DNA of 63,085 nucleotides from an uncultured Candidatus Saccharibacteria bacterium (lineage in GTDB: Bacteria > Patescibacteriota > Minisyncoccia > Minisyncoccales > CAZJYT01), in contig CAZKFX010000002.1 in assembly GCA_964552375.1 (NCBI GenBank), positions 1-63,085 on the forward strand, written 5' to 3'. Below the pieces are notes generated by a model. It saw only the letters and a list, made by a program, of their open reading frames with translations. It made no database searches and had not been told where the DNA came from. Shown in pieces: positions 26,020 to 34,026 of the stretch. The position numbers and the translations under genes were made by a program. Within the stretch, counting starts at the first letter, position 1. Every line of letters starts with the position of its first letter.

Positions 26020-28487
26020 AGCTCTTTTAATTTTGCTCTTTTTATAATTTCTCTCTCTACAGCTTTTTTGGGTCTTGAGTATTTCAATTTTGAAATTTTT
26101 TTAATAATTTCTACTATCTCTGGATTTCCTTTTTTGGGAGGCAAAGTCTGCATTTTAAAAGGAGAAGAAATTTTATTTTTAATCATCAATTTAATAATTA
26201 CATTAAAATTATCTAAATTTACTAAATCATATCTGGAAAATTCAGGCTCAAATTGTTTTTCTAAAAATTCAGCATCTGTTGCTCCAACCCTTAAAGCTGC
26301 AATAGTCCCTACATTTCCCATTACCGCATTTCTAATTTCTTCTTTTAATTGAGGAATGTATTGATGGGCTAAAATTAAATTTAATCTATATTTTCTTGCC
26401 TCAGATAAAATTACAGCAACAGAATCTGTAGTAAAATTTTGAAACTCATCAATGTATAAATAAAAGTCTCTTCTCTGTTCTTCTGGAATTTTAGCTCTCT
26501 TCATTGCCGCCATTTGCATTTTAGAAACCAAAATTAAACCTAAAAGAGAACTGTTTACCTCTCCAGTCAATCCTTTTGATAAATTTGCCAAAAATATTTT
26601 CCCTTCATCCATAATTTTTGACAAATCAAAACTAGAATGAGATTGACCAATAATATTTCTCATCATCTCATTTTCTACAAATCTTCCTACTTTTGAGACC
26701 ACATAACCTAACATATCTGATTTTGTCTCTCCAGTGGTTTGGCGCCATTCTTTTAACCAGAAATTTCTTACTAAGGGATCAGTTACCTTTTTCAATTTGC
26801 TTTCCATAAAATCATCGTCTGTAAAAATTCTGGGGATTTCGACTAAAGTTCCTGGATTTTTTTGATCTGCCATCAAAGCTAACATTGCATTTCTCATATA
26901 ATGTTCAAACATAGGACCTATAATTTCTGGAGGGAACAATTTGTGAAAAATGGCTATCATTTCAGAAACCGCAAAATCTTTCTGTTCTGGGGTTTCGTAT
27001 TCTAACATATTCAACCCCATTGGTCTTTCCAAATCAAAAGGTTCAAACAAAACAACATCATCAATTCTTTCTTTTGGAATATTAGCTAATGTAGCCTCAA
27101 TTAAATCACCGTGAGGATCAATTACCCCTACTCCCCTCCCTGCTTTAATATCTTGTCTTATCATTTCTCTTAACAAGGTTGATTTTCCAGTTCCAGTTTG
27201 TCCTACAATATAAAAATGTCTCCTTCTATCTTCTACAGAGGCCATATAAACCATCTTTTCTTCTCCTCTAAAAACTACCTTTCCTATTAAAATTTCTCCA
27301 AAAGAAGGCAATTCTACTGGTGGTGGAGCACTAGTACTTTTTACTGATTTTATATAAGGTGTTTCAATAAATTTGGTTGGGAAATGATAAATACTTGTCA
27401 ATTCTTCCACATTTAAAATTATTTTTTGACTATTGTCAAAATTGCGAAAACTAAAATCATAAATTAATTTTTTCAGTCTTCTCCCTGTTAATCTTTGACA
27501 ATAAAAGCTATTCATTGAAAGCAAAGAAAATTGACCAAAAGCTGATTCCAAATGAGTTAAAATTTCTCTTGCTCTTTCTTTTGTCTGAGCTGAAGCTAAC
27601 AGCCTAATATTTACCTCAAAAACCCTTTTTTGAATTTTCTCTTCTATGGCTTTAATTGTTCTTTCTTCAACTCGCATTTCTTTTTGAGGTTGAGTAGGTG
27701 AAGTTTGGTTTGGTTTTTGTAATTGTGGTTTTTTAGTAAAAATTCCACCAAAAAAATTAAAGATTAAATCTAAAATCCAATTTCTTGAAGCTTCATTTAT
27801 CGCTTGTCTTAAAGATTTTCCTTCTTTTATTTTGGCCAACAATCTTTCTCCCATTATTTTCCATTTTTCTTCCGGAAAAGGTCTTAAAATTAATTGAAGA
27901 GCAGCTCCTTCTTCTGGGTTTATTTTAGAAAGAGAATCAGTAATCAGAGAGAGGGGATCTTTTTCCAAAGTTTTATAAGTGTTAAGAGGAAAAAAAGCTT
28001 TTTCTGTTAATTTAAGATAGGCGCCAGCTGTCTCACCTCCTGGTTCAAAAATTGTGTAATCTTGAGGAATTTTTTCTATTATTGCTCTTGGATAAACTCC
28101 GTGAATATATTTTTCAATAGCTGATTCTAAAAATTTGGGAACCGCAATATAAAAAGAAATATCATTTTCTCCCAATTGAGAAGCAATTTCTAAGGCAATT
28201 TCTATGGGGCTTTCAAAAAATTTTTTTCTAAATTGCAAAAAATTGGCATAAATTTGTTCCATTTGAGCAATTATTTGTTTTTCTTGAATTGTCTCTCCTT
28301 CTTTCTTTTTCTCATATTTTGGCATCGTCACCAAAAAAAGCACTTTATTTAAAGAACGAAATATTCTCTCTTTTTTATTCTTTTGATTCCAAAAAAAGTA
28401 CAAAATTAAAACCAAAAAAGAGAAAATTAAAAAAGAGAGAATTTGAAAAAAATTGACTTCAAAATTCTTAAATAAAATTTCTCTCAT
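26016..28487 (-). CDS. Membrane-anchored VirD4/TraG/TraD-like (type IV coupling-protein-like) P-loop NTPase
   Basis: N-terminal TM helix (FFQILSFLIFSFLVLILYFFW), then a ~380-aa domain of unknown type, then HFYIVGQTGTGKSTLL (Walker A), GVGVIDPHGDL, FYLYIDEFQNF (Walker B) and EARKYRLNLILAHQYIPQL (TraG-D_C-like end). HerA/FtsK-like alternatives are not excluded without a search. Confidence 0.7.
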   Translation of the reverse strand: MREILFKNFEVNFFQILSFLIFSFLVLILYFFWNQKNKKERIFRSLNKVLFLVTMPKYEKKKEGETIQEKQIIAQMEQIYANFLQFRKKFFESPIEIALEIASQLGENDISFYIAVPKFLESAIEKYIHGVYPRAIIEKIPQDYTIFEPGGETAGAYLKLTEKAFFPLNTYKTLEKDPLSLITDSLSKINPEEGAALQLILRPFPEEKWKIMGERLLAKIKEGKSLRQAINEASRNWILDLIFNFFGGIFTKKPQLQKPNQTSPTQPQKEMRVEERTIKAIEEKIQKRVFEVNIRLLASAQTKERAREILTHLESAFGQFSLLSMNSFYCQRLTGRRLKKLIYDFSFRNFDNSQKIILNVEELTSIYHFPTKFIETPYIKSVKSTSAPPPVELPSFGEILIGKVVFRGEEKMVYMASVEDRRRHFYIVGQTGTGKSTLLREMIRQDIKAGRGVGVIDPHGDLIEATLANIPKERIDDVVLFEPFDLERPMGLNMLEYETPEQKDFAVSEMIAIFHKLFPPEIIGPMFEHYMRNAMLALMADQKNPGTLVEIPRIFTDDDFMESKLKKVTDPLVRNFWLKEWRQTTGETKSDMLGYVVSKVGRFVENEMMRNIIGQSHSSFDLSKIMDEGKIFLANLSKGLTGEVNSSLLGLILVSKMQMAAMKRAKIPEEQRRDFYLYIDEFQNFTTDSVAVILSEARKYRLNLILAHQYIPQLKEEIRNAVMGNVGTIAALRVGATDAEFLEKQFEPEFSRYDLVNLDNFNVIIKLMIKNKISSPFKMQTLPPKKGNPEIVEIIKKISKLKYSRPKKAVEREIIKRAKLKEL

Positions 28488-28879
28488 TTTTTAAATTTTT
28501 TAAAAAACCCATCTTTTGCTAAAATATCATGGAAAACATCTAAAATATAAGGGTCATCAAGTTTTTGAGCCACTTTAACTGCAAAAGAAATTCCATAAAC
28601 TTGAGCCAAATCTAACAATTTTGTAATTTTTCCTTTAGCATCCAAAGTTTTAATTTTTTGAGCTTTAAAATTAATTTTTTGTTGAGCCTTAGGAGAAAAT
28701 TTCATTAATTCAATTTCTCTTTTTAGCTTTTCTTTAATTATTTTCTCTCTTTCGGTCAAAACTTCTTTTTTTTCTGTCTTTTTTTCTATTACCTCTTCAA
28801 AAACTTTCTCTACTAATTTTTCTGGTTTTTCAATCCCAATTTCTTTTTTTTCTTTATATTTTTTATTTTTTTCCACCAT
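28484..28879 (-). CDS. Hypothetical small protein (charged N-terminal half, helical C-terminal domain)
   Basis: 131-aa ORF starting 5 nt after the murF-like stop. Its own stop overlaps the ATPase start (28484-28487). C-terminal block: ITKLLDLAQVYGISFAVKVAQKLDDPYILDVFHDILAKDGFF. No family recognised. Confidence 0.5.
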   Translation of the reverse strand: MVEKNKKYKEKKEIGIEKPEKLVEKVFEEVIEKKTEKKEVLTEREKIIKEKLKREIELMKFSPKAQQKINFKAQKIKTLDAKGKITKLLDLAQVYGISFAVKVAQKLDDPYILDVFHDILAKDGFFKKFKK

Positions 28880-28884
28880 AAAAT

Positions 28885-29949
28885 TTACTTTAATTTGATT
28901 TTCTCAACAACGCTTTCCATTTTCATTTCTTTTGAACCCAAAACTAAAATTAAATCATTTTCTCTAATTTCATTTTTTAATTTTTCTATCCCTTCTTTTA
29001 TTGTATCAAATTGAAAAATTTTTTCTAAAGGCAAACCTTTTTCAAAAGCCCCCTTGGCCACAAACTTTGCTCTCTGACCAAAAGTAAATAAAAGATCACA
29101 ACATTCTTTTAACTTTTCTCCCAACATTTGATGAATTTCAATTGTATATTTACCCAATCCTACAATATCTCCTAAAACAGCAATTTTTCTTTTAAAAAGA
29201 GAAATTTTTTTAAAAATTTCTAAAGCCTCCATAATTGAAAAGATTCCTTCTATTTTAGAATTATCAAAAATTTTAGAATTTTTTATTCCACAAATTAATC
29301 TCATTTTTCCTGGTCTTCCCTTATAACCCTTCAAAGATTGAGTAATTTCAATTAAATTTAAATTCAAAACCTTACACAAAGCACAAGTTGCCAAAACAGC
29401 AAAAATATATTCTTTACCAAATAAATTTTCTAACCAAATGGGTAAAATTTTATTTTCAAAATTTAATTTAAAATTTGTCCCTGAATTTATTTTAATATCT
29501 GTTGCTTTAAAATCAGCTAAATTCGCAAAACCAAAAGTAATTTCTCTTAAATTAGTCTCGTCTCTAATCTCTCTGATTGTTTCGTCATCATAATTTAAAA
29601 TTAAATAGCCGAAAGGAGGCAATTTTTTAGCATATTTTCTAATTTCTTTTGTCTTTTCTCTTTCTCCAGCAAAAAAATCTTTATCATGAGGAATTTCTCC
29701 AATATGAGTTAAAATTAAAATTGGCAATTGAGAAAGAGAAACAAATTTTTCTACTTTTTTCTCTTTTTTAAAATCTATTTTTTCTACTAAAATATCTCTT
29801 TTTTTACCTAAAACCTTTTCAATAATGTCAAAAGTAATTTCTTTACCATTGCCCCAAACCATTACTACTTTTGGTTTTTTAAAAAGAAATCTCCAAAAAT
29901 TGAAAAAAGAAAAATTATTCATAATCTGGAGGAATTTCTTTGTAAGCAA
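28885..29949 (-). CDS. Mur-ligase-family protein, MurF-like, lacking the N-terminal domain and with an atypical P-loop
   Basis: The central and C-terminal Mur ligase domains are recognisable: LTHIGEIPHDKDFFAGEREKTKEIRKYAK, GYLILNYDD, KGYKGRPGKMRL, IAVLGDIVGLGKYTIEIHQMLGE, DLILVLGSKEMKME. The P-loop region reads VWGNGKEIT, not the usual GSNGKTTT. The start is uncertain: 29949 overlaps ftsI by 35 nt, and the alternatives are 29922 and 29862. Confidence 0.6.
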   Translation of the reverse strand: MLTKKFLQIMNNFSFFNFWRFLFKKPKVVMVWGNGKEITFDIIEKVLGKKRDILVEKIDFKKEKKVEKFVSLSQLPILILTHIGEIPHDKDFFAGEREKTKEIRKYAKKLPPFGYLILNYDDETIREIRDETNLREITFGFANLADFKATDIKINSGTNFKLNFENKILPIWLENLFGKEYIFAVLATCALCKVLNLNLIEITQSLKGYKGRPGKMRLICGIKNSKIFDNSKIEGIFSIMEALEIFKKISLFKRKIAVLGDIVGLGKYTIEIHQMLGEKLKECCDLLFTFGQRAKFVAKGAFEKGLPLEKIFQFDTIKEGIEKLKNEIRENDLILVLGSKEMKMESVVEKIKLK

Positions 29950-31567
29950 TAATATATTTTGCCAATTTTTTAAAAATTAAGGTTGCCGATAGCCCAGAAC
30001 CAATAACTCCTTTTGGCTCATTTAATTTAACATAAATTAAAAATTTTGGATCATAAGCAGGAAAAAAACCTAAAAAAGAATGAATAGTTTTGTCTGAATA
30101 ACCAGCTTTTTTGATTCCCAAAGCTGGCCAGGGAATTTGAGCGGTTCCTGTTTTTCCAGCAATAAAATAACCTGGAATTTTTGCTCTTTTTCCATATCCT
30201 TTTTCTACTACATTCACAAGCATTTTTGTTAATTCTTTTGCGACAGTCTCAGAAATCACTCTGGGATTTTGAATTTCTATTTCTCCTTTGGTTATCCTTG
30301 GTTTTATTAATTTTCCTCCATTAGCTATAGCCCCATAGGCTCTTACCAATTGAATAGGAGTAATAACAATTCCTTGACCAAAAGAGGCTGTAGCTAAATT
30401 TATTTTTTTTAGTGTCATTAATTGTTCGTTTTCTGAAAATACCTCCCCTTCCAAATCAATACCTGTTTTTTCAAAAAACCCAAATCTTTTTAAATATTCC
30501 AAAAAAAGTCTTTCTCCTAATTTTTGTTCTACAAAAACCGCTCCTGTGTTAATTGACTTTTCCAAAATTTTACTCATTGAGCTTTCTCCCCAAATTTTAT
30601 TTTGCCAATTTCTAATAATTTTTCCTTCAATTTTAACAAATCCTTTATCAAAAAAAGTCATTTGTGAAGTAATCTTTCCTTCATTTAAAGCTCCAGCCAT
30701 AACAATTGGTTTTAAAACAGAACCTGGTTCATAGAGCTCTTGAATATTTGGATTTTTAAAAATTTCCCATTTTTCTTCTTGAGCATATTCAAAAAATCTA
30801 TTAGGATCGAAAGAAGGAAAAGAAGCCATGGCTAATATTTCTCCAGTATTAGGATCTGAAACAATAATTTGTCCTTCAGTAATTTTCAATTTCTCTTTAG
30901 CTTCTCTCAATAATTTTTCTGCTTGAAATTGGATATTATAATCAATTGTTAAAAATATATCTTTTCCTTTTTTTGATTCTTTTTGAGCAAAAACTGCCAA
31001 ATATTTCCAAGGAGTAAGTAATTTTTCTTTTAAAACCTCCTTTCCTCGCAAAATATTATCATAATATCCTTCTATTCCATATTGACCTTTTCCTTGAGCA
31101 TTTACAAAACCTACAATATGGCAAGCTATCTCTTTTTGTGGATAAAATCTAAAATCTTTCTGACCAAAGTAAACACCTTTTAAATCTTTCAAAGCCAAAA
31201 ATTCTTTTTCAGAAACTCTATTTTTTATTAATTGAAAGCAATTTTCTTCAAAAACCTTTTTTTTCATCTCTTTTAAGGGGAGATTTAACACTTCAGAGAG
31301 TAATTTTGCTATTTTTTCTTTTTCTTTAATCTCTTTGGGACAAATATATAAAAATTTTTCTTTTTTATTTGTTGCTAATATTTCTCCTCCCCTAAAATAA
31401 ATTTTCCCCCTTTCTCCTGTTTCTCTTTTTAAAATTTTGTGCTGGCCTTGGGCTAAAGCTTGATAGTATTGGCTTTTTTTTACTTGTAAAAAATAAAGCC
31501 TAAAAACCAACGTTAAAGAAAAAAACAAAATTAAAAAGAAAATTATTTTAAATCTTAAATTTTTCAT
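29915..31567 (-). CDS. ftsI: Class B penicillin-binding protein (FtsI/PBP2-type transpeptidase)
   Basis: N-terminal TM helix, then SxxK (GSVLKP), SxN (KSINTG) and KTG (AGKTGTAQ) motifs in the canonical order. Confidence 0.9.
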   Translation of the reverse strand: MKNLRFKIIFFLILFFSLTLVFRLYFLQVKKSQYYQALAQGQHKILKRETGERGKIYFRGGEILATNKKEKFLYICPKEIKEKEKIAKLLSEVLNLPLKEMKKKVFEENCFQLIKNRVSEKEFLALKDLKGVYFGQKDFRFYPQKEIACHIVGFVNAQGKGQYGIEGYYDNILRGKEVLKEKLLTPWKYLAVFAQKESKKGKDIFLTIDYNIQFQAEKLLREAKEKLKITEGQIIVSDPNTGEILAMASFPSFDPNRFFEYAQEEKWEIFKNPNIQELYEPGSVLKPIVMAGALNEGKITSQMTFFDKGFVKIEGKIIRNWQNKIWGESSMSKILEKSINTGAVFVEQKLGERLFLEYLKRFGFFEKTGIDLEGEVFSENEQLMTLKKINLATASFGQGIVITPIQLVRAYGAIANGGKLIKPRITKGEIEIQNPRVISETVAKELTKMLVNVVEKGYGKRAKIPGYFIAGKTGTAQIPWPALGIKKAGYSDKTIHSFLGFFPAYDPKFLIYVKLNEPKGVIGSGLSATLIFKKLAKYIIAYKEIPPDYE

Positions 31568-31887
31568 TGTTTTTTCACTACTTTAATTGAAGGTACTTTC
31601 AAATATTCAATCTTTTCTATTTTTTCAAAATTCAAATTTGCCAAAAGCTTTCTCAAATTTTCTAAAGAGGTAGCTTGAGAAAGAGTAATTTCTAATTTAT
31701 CTTTTTCTTTCGTTAAAACTTCCAATCTTTTAGATTTTTCTTTCAAAATGGCTATTTTTTGAGCTAAAAAGTAAAATTGATAAATATAAAGAATTACTAA
31801 AAATATTAAAAAAATCAAACCTTTCTTTAAAATAAAATTTTCTATTTTAAATTTATTTTTTCTTTTAAATTTTTTTCTTTTTTTCAT
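31564..31887 (-). CDS. ftsL: FtsL-like cell-division protein
   Basis: 107 aa with a basic N-terminus, one TM helix (GLIFLIFLVILYIYQFYFL) and then a coiled coil. It occupies the canonical position between rsmH and ftsI. Confidence 0.6.
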   Translation of the reverse strand: MKKRKKFKRKNKFKIENFILKKGLIFLIFLVILYIYQFYFLAQKIAILKEKSKRLEVLTKEKDKLEITLSQATSLENLRKLLANLNFEKIEKIEYLKVPSIKVVKKQ

Positions 31888-31890
31888 GTT

Positions 31891-32787
31891 TTAAATTTTT
31901 ATTGCTACTCTTAATTTTGCCGACCTTGATTTTAAATTTTGAACTATTTCCTCTTTTTGCGGAACTATTGGTTTTTTAGTTAAAATTTTCAATTTTGATT
32001 TATTTTCTTTAAAAAAATTTTTTACAATTTTGTCTTCTCCTGAATGAAAAGAAATAACAGCTATTTTTCCTCCAGATTTTAAAATCTCTAAAGCCTGCTC
32101 CAAACCCCTTTTTAAATTTTCCAACTCATTATTAACCGCTATCCTTAAAGCCAAAAAAACTCTCGTTGCAAAATGAATTCTTTTGAAATGATACCACTTG
32201 GGTGTTGCCTTTTTGATAATTTGTACCAATTGAAAGGTTGTCTCAATTTTCTTTTCTTTTCTTTCTTTAACAATTTTTTCAGAAATTCTTTTAGCAAATC
32301 TTTCTTGAGCATATTCTTTCAATATTCTCTCTATTTCTTTTTTACTCCATTTGTTTAAAATATCTTTGGCTGTCAATTCATTTATCTTTCCATCGTATCT
32401 CATATTTAAGGGTTCATTTTTCAAAAAGGTAAATCCTCTTTTGGATTCTTCTAAATGCCAACTTGAAAGACCAAGATCAAAAAGTATTCCTTTGATATTT
32501 TCAAATTTTTCTCTTTTTACAATTTCTTTTAAATTTGTAAAAGAACTATTTACCAAAATTAATCTTTCTCTTTTTTCTTTCCATTCTTTTTTATTTCTTA
32601 TTTCCTTTCTCATTTTTTCATAAAGCTCAGGATCAATTTCAATTGCTAAAACTTTTCCTTTTGGTTTTGTTCTTTCTAAAATTTTCAAGGTATGACCTCC
32701 TTGGCCAAAAGTAGCATCAATAAAATTTTCATTTGGTTTTGGATCTAAATAATCTATGATCTCTTTTGAAAGAACTGGAAAGTGCAT
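31891..32787 (-). CDS. rsmH: 16S rRNA (cytosine1402-N4)-methyltransferase
   Basis: Signature blocks: HFPVLSKEIIDYL, DATFGQGGHT, LFDLGLSSWHLE, ISFHSGEDKIVK. Confidence 0.93.
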   Translation of the reverse strand: MHFPVLSKEIIDYLDPKPNENFIDATFGQGGHTLKILERTKPKGKVLAIEIDPELYEKMRKEIRNKKEWKEKRERLILVNSSFTNLKEIVKREKFENIKGILFDLGLSSWHLEESKRGFTFLKNEPLNMRYDGKINELTAKDILNKWSKKEIERILKEYAQERFAKRISEKIVKERKEKKIETTFQLVQIIKKATPKWYHFKRIHFATRVFLALRIAVNNELENLKRGLEQALEILKSGGKIAVISFHSGEDKIVKNFFKENKSKLKILTKKPIVPQKEEIVQNLKSRSAKLRVAIKI

Positions 32788-32796
32788 TGCAATTTT

Positions 32797-33228
32797 TTAA
32801 ATTCCTAATTCCTCTAATTTTTCTGCCATATTCTCAATTTCTTTTTCTCTTTTTTGTTTATATTCTTGCCATAATTCTTTTGCCCAAATTTCAATCCTAT
32901 TGGAAAGGCCCAACAAAACAACATTTTTTTTAAGTTGTGCAAATTCCTTTAAATAATCTGGAATTAAAATCCTTCCCAATTTGTCCAATTCAACATTTAC
33001 TGCTCCAGAAAGCAAAATTCTGGCAAAAGCTCTTGCATCTGGTTTGCTCAAAGGTAGGCTTTCTAATTTTTTGGCTACTTTCTCCCAAACCTTTAGAGGA
33101 TACAAAACTAAACAATTATCTAAACCTCGTGTAATAACTGCCTTTTTACCTAATTCTTTCCTAAATTTTACAGGAATTGAGACTCTCTTTTTTTCATCTA
33201 TAGTAAATACATATTCTCCAATAAACAT
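32797..33228 (-). CDS. mraZ: Transcriptional regulator MraZ
   Basis: MFIGEYVFTIDEKKRVSIP plus a second half-site, LDKLGRILIP, give the duplicated DxxGRxxxP motif. I prefer the start at 33228 over 33252 because a copy of the upstream repeat lies between the two ATGs. Confidence 0.9.
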   Translation of the reverse strand: MFIGEYVFTIDEKKRVSIPVKFRKELGKKAVITRGLDNCLVLYPLKVWEKVAKKLESLPLSKPDARAFARILLSGAVNVELDKLGRILIPDYLKEFAQLKKNVVLLGLSNRIEIWAKELWQEYKQKREKEIENMAEKLEELGI

Positions 33229-33232
33229 ACAA

Positions 33233-33358
33233 TTTTCCACAATTTTAGCCATTTTTCAACATATTTTTCCACAATTTCCCACTATTAAAAATAGCCTTTT
33301 TTGTCTATTAAGTCAAATCAAAAAATTCAGCTAAAATTTCTTTTTTTCCACAATTTTT
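33233..33358 (-). promoter_or_regulatory. Three exact copies of a 13-mer (minus strand AAATTGTGGAAAA) plus an adjacent GTGGG box: candidate MraZ operator
   Basis: On the plus strand, TTTTCCACAATTT occurs at 33233-33245, 33265-33277 and 33344-33356. An extra CCCAC (minus GTGGG) lies at 33278-33282, 10 nt from the GTGG of copy 2. All of these lie immediately upstream of mraZ. Confidence 0.45.
33288..33316 (-). promoter_or_regulatory. Candidate dcw-operon promoter (Pmra)
   Basis: Minus strand reads TTGACT (33316-33311), a 17-nt spacer, then TATTTT (33293-33288). The GTGG boxes start right downstream. The -10 element is weak. Confidence 0.35.
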
Positions 33359-33419
33359 CCCCAATTTAAAAACTAACAGATGGCAAGTTCCTAATTTTAA
33401 AAAATATATCCTTAGTCTC

Positions 33420-33448
33420 TTGATTATTTTTAAAAATTGCTTTAAAAT
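33420..33448 (+). promoter_or_regulatory. Candidate promoter of the cupin-DUF5679-AK-like operon
   Basis: TTGATT (33420-33425), a 17-nt spacer, then TAAAAT (33443-33448). The ATG at 33460 is only 11 nt downstream, so the leader would be very short or absent. Confidence 0.45.
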
Positions 33449-33459
33449 TTTTACTATCT

Positions 33460-33819
33460 ATGCAATTTAAAAAAGTAGAAAAACCGTGGGGATATTTTAT
33501 TACTATTTGGAAAGAAGAGAACATAAATATAAAAATTATTCATGTCAATCCAAAAAGCAGACTTTCTCTACAAAGTCATAAATTCAGAAATGAACTATGG
33601 ATTTTATTAGAAGGAAATTTAACTTGTCAAATTGGAAATAAAAAAATAAAAATGAAAAAGAACACCGCTTATTTTATTCCCAAAAAAACAAAACATAGAT
33701 TGTGTGCACAAAAAAAAGGTGGTAAAATTTTAGAAATTTCTTTTGGAAAATTTGACGAAAAAGATATTATTAGATATGAAGATGACTATGGGAGAGTCAC
33801 TAAAAAGGTCGGAACTTAA
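33460..33819 (+). CDS. Cupin-domain protein (type II phosphomannose isomerase C-terminal-domain-like)
   Basis: Signature blocks: KPWGYFITI, SLQSHKFRNELWILLEG (cupin motif 1), IPKKTKHRL (motif 2), IIRYEDDYGR at the C-terminus. Confidence 0.7.
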   Translation: MQFKKVEKPWGYFITIWKEENINIKIIHVNPKSRLSLQSHKFRNELWILLEGNLTCQIGNKKIKMKKNTAYFIPKKTKHRLCAQKKGGKILEISFGKFDEKDIIRYEDDYGRVTKKVGT

Positions 33820-33843
33820 AACTAAAATAAATTAAAAATTTTT

Positions 33844-34026
33844 ATGGCAACTGAAGCTTTTTGTGTCAAATGTAAAACAAAAAGAGAAATGAAAGATGAA
33901 AAAGAGATCGAAATTAAAGGAAAGGGAGGAAGTAAAAGAAGAGCTGTAACTGGAGTTTGTCCTGTGTGTGGGACAAAAATGTTTAAAATTTTAGGTAAAA
34001 AGGAAACAAAAGAAGAGAAAAAATGA
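33844..34026 (+). CDS. DUF5679-like zinc-ribbon protein
   Basis: 60 aa with two CxxC pairs (CVKCKTKREM ... GVCPVCGTKMFKI), the typical DUF5679 pattern from memory. The stop overlaps the next ATG (34023-34026). Confidence 0.6.
   Translation: MATEAFCVKCKTKREMKDEKEIEIKGKGGSKRRAVTGVCPVCGTKMFKILGKKETKEEKK

Noticed and set aside
26016-28487. Interpreting the VirD4/TraG-like ATPase as evidence of an integrated conjugative element or type IV secretion system
   Set aside because: The window has no relaxase, VirB4, VirB6, pilin, integrase or flanking repeats. The gene is also embedded without gaps in the dcw operon. The mobile-element reading is therefore not supported by what is visible.
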